This document shows, one piece after another, positions 52,138 to 62,941 of a DNA stretch of 64,000 bases (positions are counted from its first letter, which is position 1; each line of letters opens with the position of its first letter). Location: positions 13,144,001 through 13,208,000 of the forward strand of contig JBHGNT010000015.1 in assembly GCA_043228905.1 (NCBI GenBank). Reading direction: 5' to 3'. The stretch comes from Azolla caroliniana. Taxonomy: Eukaryota; Plantae; Polypodiophyta. The notes beneath the pieces were generated by a model, which made no database searches, had not been told where the DNA came from, and saw only the letters and a list, made by a program, of their open reading frames with translations. A program made the translations under genes and the position numbers.

Positions 52138-53139
52138 TTGTTAATATCCTTGTTTTTTCTGGAATCCTCTCAATATTCTAATACAGAATGCTTGAGATTG
52201 TGTACAAAGTAATACATAAACAAAAACAAATTAGAGATTTATAAAGAAATACATTAGAGATTTACAAATTAGAGATTTATGAATACAAAATTTGTTGCAG
52301 AAGTACATGAAAAAAAGAGAGATATTTCTGCTAAGAAGAGAGAGATTATTGTAAAAACAAACATGAAAAAGAGAGATGATTGAATAAACTTTTATTGAGT
52401 TGGTTGGGTGACCAACTCAACCTCCTTATCCTTGTAATCCCTCAACTACTCCAACCCCTAATCCCTCAACTATTCCTACCACATGTAAAACAAACAGAAA
52501 AATTGATGTGATAGGGTTTAGTACATACCTGGGAATAGTGATGGAGGAGATTGATTGTTGTGTATGTCGATTGCAGGCTGCATGACGCCTAACTCTTTCC
52601 CGGCAAAAGAAACCTGTCAATCTCGTTTGAAAAAATGAGAGATAATGACAGGTTTCAGGCTTTTATAGTCATCGGTTGGGCGACCTACATCTTTTATTGG
52701 GTTGGTTGGGTGACCAATTCAATATAAACCCTAAAGCAATTGGGCCACTTGCTTAAACTGGTCACCCAACCGCTTTAAAAATAAATGGTTGGGCAACCTG
52801 CTTAAACTGGTCACCCAACCATTTTAAAAATAAATGGTTCGTCGACCTACATCTTTTATTGAGTTGGTTGGGCAACCCTGCTAAAAATATATTTCGGTTG
52901 GGCGACCTCTGCACAGCTTTATTTTTCGTGCCTTCTTCCTTATCGAAATTCGACGGTGCAAATAGCACACGCCTTCTCTGAGCAACCTGCACCGTCTGTG
53001 GCTGCGATTCCCTCACCAGCCCTCTTTATGATTTGTGTCATAATAGACACGTCGGACCCTCTCCTCTCATGACCATGGCATGGCAAAGCATAACATGGCA
53101 TAACATAGCATAGCATAGAATAATAAAGAAGTATGAGGT

Positions 53140-53600
53140 GAGGTCATGGAATCGTAGTCACAGACATAGACATTGCCGAGGACGCGTGCGATATGCATCG
53201 TCAGATCATTATCCAAAAAAAGCATGTGATAGTAAAATCTATTTTTTCAGTAACCCGGCTAACCCGACCCTTGAAATAACAATAGTCGCTTGGCTCGTTG
53301 CAGTAACCCATCTCAACAAAAAATCTCAGTAGCCCGTCTCGAAGCAGTACCCGGCTCAGCAAGAATCTCAGTAGCCTATTTCTAAGCAGTAACCTGACTC
53401 AAATTTTAATCTTAGTAGCCCGACTCGTTAGTGTAACCCCATTCAGCAGAAATCTCGCTAGCCCAACTCAAATTTTAATTGCAATAGCCTGACTCATCGT
53501 AGTAACCCGAATCAAATTTTAATTGCAGTAGCTCAGCTCATCACAGTGGGCCGACTCCAAAATGATCTTGACTAAAACCCTGATGTCGGGTCATTGTAGC
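53140..53600 (+). mobile_element. Remnant end of an older related MULE plus an AGTAACCCG-like tandem array
   Basis: GGAATCG.AG.CACAGAC..CGCGTGCGAT.TGCA.CGTCAGAT resembles the left TIR; repeats at about 53248-53560. Confidence 0.5.
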
Positions 53601-53892
53601 CACTTTTTTAATCAACATGCCTATTGTAGTTGGGTTTAAGAGGGAAGAACTTAAACCACATGCACCTCGGTTTCTTATTGGTTTGTTAATGATTCCTGAT
53701 TTCTAATGATTTAGAAAGACTTGAAACTAGGTGAGTGCGAGGAAAATGTTTGGTTGGGTAAATGTTGTTGGAATCTAGCATTAGGGTTTAGATTATCGTG
53801 GATGCATGTAGACAGTGCATGTGTGTTAAATTCGGTTTTGGTTGTAGGGTTTTTGTAAGAAAGGTATTAGAAACAACGTTTCAAGAAAGTTG

Positions 53893-54547
53893 TGATATGA
53901 ATATGGAGTCGGCCACAACCAATTCTCAAATAGCAATGACAGAATAGCAAGAGATTGAATGACAACAGAAAACAGAGAAAATGCACAAATCACTGAGACA
54001 CAGTATTGTACGTGGAAAACCCTTAGAGGGGAAAACCACGGGAGTCCACAAACTCTGAACTATATCACTATGGTAGGTAGAAAATACACAGATGACTCTA
54101 AGGCAACAACCTAGAGCTTCTCTTCATCTAGCTACGGTTACAACAAAGTTGCCACGCTAACTCACTCTCCTACACACTAGTTACACTCTCGAATGCTCTA
54201 GTCTCAATAACTGCATCACACACACTTTTTACTAAATGATTTCCCCTAGGTGTATTTATACTAATACACAATATGGTCTATTTACAAATATGACCCAGTC
54301 GGCTATTAGCCGAGCCGATTATCGGTCGATTATCAGCCGAGTTAGCTATCGACTAATTCAACTTATCTCACCAGTTGGTGTAAATCACCTCTTAATGATC
54401 TGACTCCTTGTGCAATATTTGAATTTTGAATCGGACAAGCTGGCTATCATTCGACTCTTCAATCAATTGGCTTCAGGCCGATTCGGCTGGTTCTCCATCC
54501 TATCCGACTTGTCTTCTTCCCATCCGAAGGGACCAATTTTCCCAACA
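53893..54547 (-). mobile_element. Solo LTR related to Copia-5
   Basis: TG..CA ends; TSD AGTTG; shares ACGTGGAAAACCCT..AAAACCACGGGAGT and CCATCCG.AGGGACC..CCAACA with the Copia-5 LTR. Confidence 0.8.
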
Positions 54548-57500
54548 AGTTGAAGCCTAAAAACATCATGGAGGTGGCAAAGGTAGAGACTAATGAGGTT
54601 GTGAACCCAATACCAAAACATAAACCATCATATGTTGATGCTCCTCCAAAAGGTAAGTTTGTGTACATCCTCGTATTCTAGCTATAAGTATGTATATATT
54701 GGTTTATTCTAGTTCATATATAATTACCAACACTTTCACATTAGATGTAGTTGACCGATCTCACTCTTCAAGTGTGTACGAGATTCGAAAGGGATCAAAT
54801 CTTGAACATGTATAGTTATAGAATCATGCCAACAAAACCCATGATGGTTTCATAAGAAAATGGAGATAGAGTCACATTTGTAGAAGGTACATAGCAGTAT
54901 CGTAGTCATAGAACGTAATATTCGTGTTCGTGGAGGCATCCAAACGTTTGAATACGTCTGGAAACGAACACGTTTGAAAGGGGAAAAATGTGTGGTCCTT
55001 TTTTTTCCCCTTTTTTTGTATTTTTTTTTAAAGATACGTTGTCGCTTCCTCTCTCTCTCTCTCTCTCCACACACACACAGAATCACAGTCTGCATACTTT
55101 TTTGGGTGGGAGGTGAATGAACTCTGTAACCCGAATTAATTAGTAATGAATGGATCCACAAAGGTATGAATGGCTTCCCAATTCTGATGCGATATGAGAT
55201 CTTAAACGGGGCATTTCTCTGATGAGGATGTAGGAGACACTCCACACTCTCATTGGTTTTTCTGCTGCACAAATCCAATGGGGGACTTTTGGTGGGGTGT
55301 GGGCAAAGCTCAATTGGAAGAAGAGAGAGAAAATGGGCGGGGGGGTGGGCTATGTCTGTATTATTATAACAAAAAAAAAGAGAATTAGCAAGAAAAAGGC
55401 ATAGAGAGAGAGAGAGGATCATTCCTGCACAGGGGAGAAAAGAAACACCTTTTTTTTGTTTTGTCTCTTTTTTGTTCACTTGAGATTTTGATTAATCGGA
55501 TAATCAGAAGAACGAGAAAGATGCTTGATTAATCATCATCATCATCATCATCATGGCGACAGACGCATGTGATCTATACATACTTGCACACTAATTTACG
55601 GCTTCTCAAGAGCATCAAAGAAAGAGGTTACACCCCATTGGAAATTACAATGGAAATGGTTGATAAAGAGGAAGATGCTGAAAGAGTTATTGAACTTGCG
55701 AAAAGAGCGAGAAATCTTACATACTGAAAATTCAAATGATATCCTCAATAGTATGCAAGATGAGGACATTGAAGACAGTTATGTTGTTGGTAGTAATGAG
55801 GCACATTCTAGTGAGAGTCCTCAAACAAATTACTACGTCAATTGAACTAGTAGAATTTCTAGTAGAATTTTTTGTTAGTGTCATATTTTCTTCGTATTCT
55901 CGAATATAAGCTTTATGAGTTTTTGAATCTTTGATGATAGTTTATAATGACATAGTCCACTTGTTGGGATTGAGAGTGAATCAATATATAATATAGGCCA
56001 TATTCAATCCAATCAAACGTGTCAATCCAATCCAACTTGGAGATGATTTACCATACACATATGATTGAATCATTTGCGCACGCGAATGCACGTATGATAC
56101 ATATGGTTCATTCTATGATCGTAGTGCATCCAAAAGGGCTAAAGATAGAGGAAGTGAAGAATCTGACCCCGGAAAAAACCTTTGGTGCCTCATACTTTAG
56201 CAACTACAAAAGGGAAAGGTCAATACAGTGTTTTTTTAATGTTGACCTACAATAGATCTCAGCCAATCATATAAAAAAAAAGTTAAGGATGAGAGCGCTT
56301 AACGAGTTCAATACAATCCCTAACCCCCTTTGAACCTGCATGGAGTTAGAATTTGTTGCCAAGTTCACACGGATGAGATGAAGTAAGTATGAAAGTGCTC
56401 AATGCCTAAGTTATCCTCAGAGTCTACGAAGAGTCAGAGACTAGCCCCAATGTTGAGTGTGCAAGCTCAATGTGGGCCTAATCGATGAGAAATATCCGCG
56501 TGGGGCCGGTAAGCCGTTAGAGACCTACGATCCTAGATTACTAGGTAGTTACATTCCTAGGAGTTAGTGTTAGTAGCTCAATTATGAGCATTGAAGTACT
56601 TGTCAGTACTTCGGTCAGTCCTTTATGGGCTTGTATACAAGTGTTCATTGAGCAAATTTGAATGTATAGAGCATTATTTTGAAATCTAGTTTTTCTGTGT
56701 TTTTCTCTCTCTATCTCTCCCGAGTACTCTGGATTCTCTTTGTGTTCTCCATTGATTCTCTGTGTTCTTTGTTGCTATCCGGTTGAGCCGGTTGTGTCTA
56801 TTCTAACTTCCGCACACTAAACTTCACATGGTATTAGAGCGCAAAGGTTGAGAATCCTCTGTTGTCGACAATCGTTCAACACAAACAAACCTTAACACCC
56901 GGTTAAGAACAAACAAGAAGAAGAAAATGAACAGAAGCATGGCAAACTCACTTCCAACCGAAAAGCTCGATCAGAGCAACTTTGCATCTTGGTCCTACAA
57001 GATGCACCAGTACCTACTTGGGCATGGTTACTGGAGCTATGTGGAAGGAGCGAATGAAGTAGCGCCGGAGTCGGCACACAAGGATTTTCCGGTTTGGGAA
57101 AAAGGAGTAAGCAGAGTCTTGTACTGTCTTGCGTCCTGTGTGCATGACCAGATGTTGGGCTACATTCGAGATGCGAAGATGCTAAAGGAGGCCTAGGGAA
57201 ATCTAAAAAAGATTTTCGCCACAAGTACCACGACCCGGAAGTTGCAACTTTGTCAAGAGCTTAACAATATCCGACAAAGGGATATGACGGCGACCGACTA
57301 CACCACCAAAATAAAGGAGATCTATGATGCCTTGGGATCCATCAACGTGATGGTGGATGAAGATGAGATGGTACAGATTTGCCTTAGTGGTCTAACGCAA
57401 AGGTACGGGCCGATTCAAACGGTTATTTGCACAAGGGAGAAACCACCATCATTCTTCGATATGCAATCAATGGTCATGGTCAAGGAAAACCACATGGGTG

Positions 57501-58660
57501 TGTCGAAGAACACGCAATCTAACGGCTGAATGTTGTACACAAAGGCCGATTGGCCCCGTGGTCGTGGTGGACGAGGTGGATCGGCATGCAATGGTGGCGG
57601 CCAACAAGAGTAGAATCAAAGGCATAATCGACATGTTGAAACATATTAGAAAATCGACGAGTTGTGAGCCTCTTGTGTGGAGCGCGATAGAGAAGAGAGA
57701 CGGATTGTCAATCTGTCTCCACTCCTCTCGATAGAAACTTGAAGTTTCGTCCTGACTCGGGAGCGGCGTGCAATGAGAAACGGTTCCGACAAATTGTCGA
57801 AAGCCTAATCTATTTAACCATCACCCGACCCGACCTTAGCTATCCGATCGGCGTGATAAGTCAGTTCATGCAGAGACCGACATCGAATATTGCGATACGT
57901 GAGCAACATGAAGGATCGAGGACTGTTGTACCTACATGGCATAGCCGAACAACTAGTTGGCTATACTGATGTCGACTGGGCTGGAGATGCGACAGATTGA
58001 CAATCGATATCGGGTTTCATGTTTTCTCTTGGGAGCGTGGTTGTATCCTGGAGTAGCAAGAAGCAACCGATTGTGGCCTTATCAACACCAAAGTTGAGTA
58101 TAGAGGCACCATCGTTGCAACTTGTGAGGCTATATGGCTTCGACGACTATTGCAGGACTTAAGGGTCGAAGTTCCTGTAAAGAATTGACGCTATCAAATC
58201 TTTCGCCTCTCGGCCACAACCGAGACAACACGGATCAATGCAGCAGAAAAATAAAAACAAAGACACAGAGAGATGAATACACAGGGTATAACGTGGAAAA
58301 CCCTAAACGGGAAAAACCACGGGAGTGCTCGACTCCAACTACCACTATACACTGGAACATACAATGGCGAGCTGCAAGGCGACGACCTTGAGCTCGCTGT
58401 CCTCGCCACAGGCGGCGGTATTACACAGAGGCGTCGACCTCTTCGTTTCTCTCTCTCTCTCTCTCTCTCGGCTGCTCTCACTTCGCTCCCTCTAAGTGGA
58501 AAAACAGAAAATGAGCAACAACAGTAAAACTGTTTGCCCTAAGTCATATTTATACGCATATGACTTTCGGGCTATTTACAAATATAGCCTCAAGGGCCCT
58601 TGGCAAACATATTCACAAATATGTCCCCGCATCCGGATCTCGCTCACCGGGTACATTCGT

Positions 58661-58772
58661 CATCCGGCTCCGTAGCCGGGGTCTTCAGCATCCGGCTCCG
58701 TAGCCGGGGTCTTCAGCATCCGGCTCCGTAACCGGGGTCTTCAGCATCCGGCTCCGTAACCGGGGTCTTCAT
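58661..58772. repeat. 4 x 28-bp tandem repeat in the Copia-5 U3 (also at 63458-63569)
   Basis: Unit CATCCGGCTCCGTA(G/A)CCGGGGTCTTCAG. Confidence 0.93.
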
Positions 58773-58864
58773 CATCCTACGGTTCCGTAACAGCCTCCGG
58801 GCTTGCCGTCATTCATCTCCGGACATCCCATCCGGAGGGACCGAAATTCCAACAAACTCCCCCT

Positions 58865-61800
58865 TCACTTCGGCATGGGATGTCTCTCCAACCCGATCCT
58901 CTTCCGGCATGCTTCCAGCTTGTCGGGTGTGAGCACCTTGGTCAGCATATCCGACCCGTTCTCGTCCGTGTGGATCTTCGTCAGCACGAACTCCTTGTCT
59001 TCTATCCTTTCCCGGATCCAGTGATATCTCCGCTGGATGTGTTTCGTCCGGGAATGGTAGGCCGCGTTCTTCGCAAGGTGGATGGCACTCTGACTATCGC
59101 AGTAGAGTCGGTACTCCTCCTGCCGGATACCGAGCTCTCTAATGAAGTCCTTCATCCATATTACTTCCTTGCCGGCTTCAACAGCTGCCATGTACTCCGC
59201 CTCCGTGGTTGACAACGCAACCGTCTTCTGCAGCCTCGACTGCCACGAAACGGCTCCCCCTGCATACGTCATCACATACCCTGATGTGGACCGGCTGGTA
59301 TCTGCATCAGCCGACATATCCGAATCGGTGAAGCCGTCGAGTTCGGGCTTACCGGAGCCGAATCGGAGGCACACATTCGTTGTGCCCTTCAGGTATCGGA
59401 GTATCCACTTGACCGCGTTCCAATGCTCTTTGCCGGGATTGCTCATGTACCGGCTCACCACTCCGACTGCATATCCTATATCCGGTCTCGTACACACCAT
59501 GGCGTACATCAAGCTCCCGACGGCTGAGGCATACGGTACTTTCATCATATCCTCCTTTTCAGCTTTTGTCTTGGGACATTGCTTGCTGGACAGCTTGCAG
59601 TTTGCCGGGAGGGTCGATCCGACCGGTCTTGCTTCCGACATGTTGAACCGGTGAAGCATCTTCGTCACGTACTTCTCCTGTGACAGCCACAACTGCTTCT
59701 TCTTCCGGTCCCGGATGATGTGCATCCCTAGTATTTGCCTCGCCGGACCCAGGTCCTTCATTGAGAAGGTTCGGTGAAGAGCCTTCTTCAGCATCCGTAT
59801 CTTTACCTGGTCCCGTCCGACGATCAACATGTCGTCCACGTACAGGAGGAGTATTAGAAAGTCTCCTCCTTCGAACTTCTTCACAAACACGCAGTGGTCA
59901 GACTGCGTTTTGAGGTACCCTTCGTCGGTCATGAAGGAGTCGAACTTCCGGTACCATTGCCGGGGAGCCTGCTTCAGTCCGTAAAGGCTCTTCTTCAACC
60001 GGCATACCAGGTGCTCCTTCCCTTTCTTCTCGAATCCTTCCGGTTGCTGCATGTAGATCTCTTCTTCGAGGTCACCGTGAAGGAATGCCGTCTTCACGTC
60101 CATCTGTTCTACCTCGAGGTCCATGCTTGCCGCTATGCTCAGCACCGTCCGGATGGAGGTCATCTTCACTACCGGGGCAAATATCTCGTCGAAGTCGACG
60201 CCCTTCTTCTGCTGAAACCCCTTCACCACGATCCGGGCTTTGTATCTCGGGGGGTTTCCGGCATCTCCCGGTTTCAGCTTGAACACCCACTTGTTTCGAA
60301 GTGCCCGCTTTCCTTTCGGCAACTCCACAAGTTCATATGTGTGGTTCTCATGCAGGGAATCCATCTCGTCCTGCATGGCACTTAACCACCTGCGGCTCTG
60401 GGTGTCGTGCTTTGCTTCTTCAAAGCTCTCCGGCTCCCCCTCGTCGGTTAGCAGCACGTGCTCTGGTTCCGGAAATCTCCGGGGGGCCCTTCTCTCTCTT
60501 AGAGGATATCTCCGTTCGGGAGCTTCGGTAACCGGTTCTTCCGATTCTTCTTCTTCATCCGAATCCATTTCGGGATCGGGGCCGGTTCCGGTATCATTTT
60601 CATCTTCTTCAGCCGGTTCTGTTTCTTCACCGTCTTCGGCCGGGTCTTCGAGTGTTAACCGGTCCCTTGCCGGTCGGGACTGCTCCTCGTAGAGTTTATC
60701 CTCACCGGTCGACTTGGAGCTCTTCATCTTCTTCTCCGACTCCCAGTCGGCGAGCGTCTTGTCCTCCATGAAAATGATATCTCGACTCCTGAATATCTTC
60801 TTGTCGACCGGGTCCCATACTCGGTAGCCGAACTCGTCGTCGCCGTAACCGAGGAATATGCATGGCCGGGTCTTTGGATCTAACTTTCCTCTCCGGTCCT
60901 TTGCCACATGCACGTATGTGAGACACCCGAACACCTTCAGATGCCGGTAGGACACTTCCTTACCGGTCCACACTTTCTGCGGCGTGTCTCCGTCCAAAGG
61001 TACTGAGGGTGATCTATTTATCACATACGTCGCCGTCGACATTGCCTCAGCCCAAAATCCCTTGGGTAGTTTCGCATGCGCTAGCATACTCCGGACCCTC
61101 TCCATTATGGTCCGGTTCATCCTCTCGGCCAGCCCGTTCAGTTCCGGCGTCTTCGGCACAGTAAACTCGAGCCGGATTCCCTTCGAGCGACAGTACTCCT
61201 GGAACTGCCCCCGGTATTCCCCTCCGTTATCCGCTCGTATCGCTTTCAGCTTCTTGCCGGATTCTCTTTCCACTCTCGCGTGGAGTTCTCTGAAGACGGA
61301 CAACACTTGGTCCTTTGTCTTCAACGGTGCCGTCCACAGCTTCCGGCTGTGATCATCAATGAATGTCACGAAGTACTGGGCTCCGCCATGTGACTTCGTT
61401 TCTACCTGACACACATCAGTGTGCACCAGCTCCAAGGGTGCGCTACGTCTCGTCGGTGGCCTTGAGTGGAAGGAGGTTCGGTTCTGCTTACCGGCCAGGC
61501 AATCGGTGCACTTCTCCAGGTGCACATGCTTCACTGGAATGAGGTTGTCTTCTACAAGCCTCTTCATCCCCTTCTCACTCATGTGGCACAGTCTCTTGTG
61601 CCACAGCTCACCGGCAGTGTCGGCTGCCACGTTCAGCTCCTCCGGACATAGCCGGGAATTCATCAGGTACAGTGTGTTGACCTTCCGGGCCCGAGCCACT
61701 ATCAGGCTCCCCTTGCTGAACTTCATGACACCGTTCCGGATGCTACCCGTGTAGCCTTCATCATCTAGCCTCCCGGCCGAGATCAGGTTCAATCGGACCT

Positions 61801-62941
61801 CCGGAACGTGTCGCACATCCTTCAGCAGCATCTTGCATCCGGTTGATGTCATCAGCCACACGTCTCCTATGCCGGCAATCCGGCATGTGCCTTCATTTCC
61901 CATCCGGACACAGCCATGTTCACCGGCTGTGTAGGATGAGAAGTATTTCTTCTCCGGGGTCAGGTGGAACGACGCTCCGGAATCGACCACCCAGGTCATC
62001 TCTACGCCGGCAAGGTTCAGCTCCCTCTCTTCGGTAATGAGCATTATCTCTTCTTCACTTGCCGCGAGTGCCGTCGTTCCTTTCCGGTCCTGCCCTCGCC
62101 GATCCGGACCTCTCCGGTCCGTGGCTCCCCGGTATGCACCGTTTCTCTCCGGTGACTTCTTCGAATCGGCGTCGTCGGCTCCGTTGTCCTTTCGGTAATG
62201 CCGACAATTCTTCCGGAAGTGCCCCGGCTTCCCACAGTGGAAGCAAATGGGTCTTCCTCTTGACTGCGACCGGGTCCCCGACTTCTCCCGTCTTTGCGGA
62301 CTCCGGTTCCAGTGTCTTCCCCGTTCCGATTCGGTAAGCAGCGCCTTCGAGTCGGAGGCCGGTTCTTTATCTCTCCGACGCGCTTCTTCATTTAGAATAC
62401 TTGTCTTTACCGTTTGTAGGGACAAGTTGTCTTCCGTGCAGGAGGTGCTGAGAGTCACCACCAAATTCTCCCAGCTGTCCGGCAATGTACACATCAGGAT
62501 GATGGCTTGCATTGCATCCTCCAACGGGAACTTGATCGCCGCAAGCTGGTTCACGAATCCCATGAACGTGCTTACGTGTTCCACCATACTCTCGCCGTCC
62601 CGGTACTTGAGGTTCACTATCTTTCTCATCAGGGAGGTCCGGTTCAACGCATTCTTCCTCTCATAGAGGCCCGACAGCTTCTTCCACATCTCATAGGCGT
62701 TCGTATCGTTCGCCACATGTTGCAGGACACTTACATCGACATATTGCCGGATCGTCGCTACTGCTTTCCGGTTCAGGAGCTTCCACTCCGACTCAAGTAC
62801 TCCCTTCGGTATTTCCGACCTGTCAATCGGTTCGTACAGGTCCCGAACAATCAGAAGATCCTCCATCTTGATCTTCCAGTCGGCGTAATTCTGCGCATTC
62901 AGCACCATCATTCCCGGCTGCCCGCTACCGCCGCCTTCCAT
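58865..62941 (-). CDS. Copia Gag-Pol polyprotein, 1358 aa, uninterrupted
   Basis: ATG (MEGGG) just after the PBS; CFHCGKPGHFRKNC, WVVDSGASFH, HTDV/ADNGGEY/AERMNR, QMDVKTAFLHG, LYVDDML and KHIQRRYH. Confidence 0.96.
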   Translation of the reverse strand: MEGGGSGQPGMMVLNAQNYADWKIKMEDLLIVRDLYEPIDRSEIPKGVLESEWKLLNRKAVATIRQYVDVSVLQHVANDTNAYEMWKKLSGLYERKNALNRTSLMRKIVNLKYRDGESMVEHVSTFMGFVNQLAAIKFPLEDAMQAIILMCTLPDSWENLVVTLSTSCTEDNLSLQTVKTSILNEEARRRDKEPASDSKALLTESERGRHWNRSPQRREKSGTRSQSRGRPICFHCGKPGHFRKNCRHYRKDNGADDADSKKSPERNGAYRGATDRRGPDRRGQDRKGTTALAASEEEIMLITEERELNLAGVEMTWVVDSGASFHLTPEKKYFSSYTAGEHGCVRMGNEGTCRIAGIGDVWLMTSTGCKMLLKDVRHVPEVRLNLISAGRLDDEGYTGSIRNGVMKFSKGSLIVARARKVNTLYLMNSRLCPEELNVAADTAGELWHKRLCHMSEKGMKRLVEDNLIPVKHVHLEKCTDCLAGKQNRTSFHSRPPTRRSAPLELVHTDVCQVETKSHGGAQYFVTFIDDHSRKLWTAPLKTKDQVLSVFRELHARVERESGKKLKAIRADNGGEYRGQFQEYCRSKGIRLEFTVPKTPELNGLAERMNRTIMERVRSMLAHAKLPKGFWAEAMSTATYVINRSPSVPLDGDTPQKVWTGKEVSYRHLKVFGCLTYVHVAKDRRGKLDPKTRPCIFLGYGDDEFGYRVWDPVDKKIFRSRDIIFMEDKTLADWESEKKMKSSKSTGEDKLYEEQSRPARDRLTLEDPAEDGEETEPAEEDENDTGTGPDPEMDSDEEEESEEPVTEAPERRYPLRERRAPRRFPEPEHVLLTDEGEPESFEEAKHDTQSRRWLSAMQDEMDSLHENHTYELVELPKGKRALRNKWVFKLKPGDAGNPPRYKARIVVKGFQQKKGVDFDEIFAPVVKMTSIRTVLSIAASMDLEVEQMDVKTAFLHGDLEEEIYMQQPEGFEKKGKEHLVCRLKKSLYGLKQAPRQWYRKFDSFMTDEGYLKTQSDHCVFVKKFEGGDFLILLLYVDDMLIVGRDQVKIRMLKKALHRTFSMKDLGPARQILGMHIIRDRKKKQLWLSQEKYVTKMLHRFNMSEARPVGSTLPANCKLSSKQCPKTKAEKEDMMKVPYASAVGSLMYAMVCTRPDIGYAVGVVSRYMSNPGKEHWNAVKWILRYLKGTTNVCLRFGSGKPELDGFTDSDMSADADTSRSTSGYVMTYAGGAVSWQSRLQKTVALSTTEAEYMAAVEAGKEVIWMKDFIRELGIRQEEYRLYCDSQSAIHLAKNAAYHSRTKHIQRRYHWIRERIEDKEFVLTKIHTDENGSDMLTKVLTPDKLEACRKRIGLERHPMPK

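Larger units (their letters stand above)
44419..53054 (-). mobile_element. Mutator-like (MULE) DNA transposon, 8.6 kb, with transposase and Ulp1-like gene
   Basis: 9-bp TSD GACCCTCTC at 44410-44418 and 53055-53063; imperfect ~160-bp TIRs at 44419-44578 and 52897-53054; subterminal GGTCGCCCAAC motifs. Confidence 0.92.

Noticed and set aside
55219-55250. Hammerhead-like CTGATGAG
   Set aside because: No GAAA after the putative stem II.
54850-55479. 209-aa ORF
   Set aside because: Non-ATG start, low complexity and no recognisable motif.
58661-58772. Hammerhead ribozyme (minus-strand CTGAAGA followed by a stem)
   Set aside because: No GAAA follows the stem, and there is no stem I/III arrangement.
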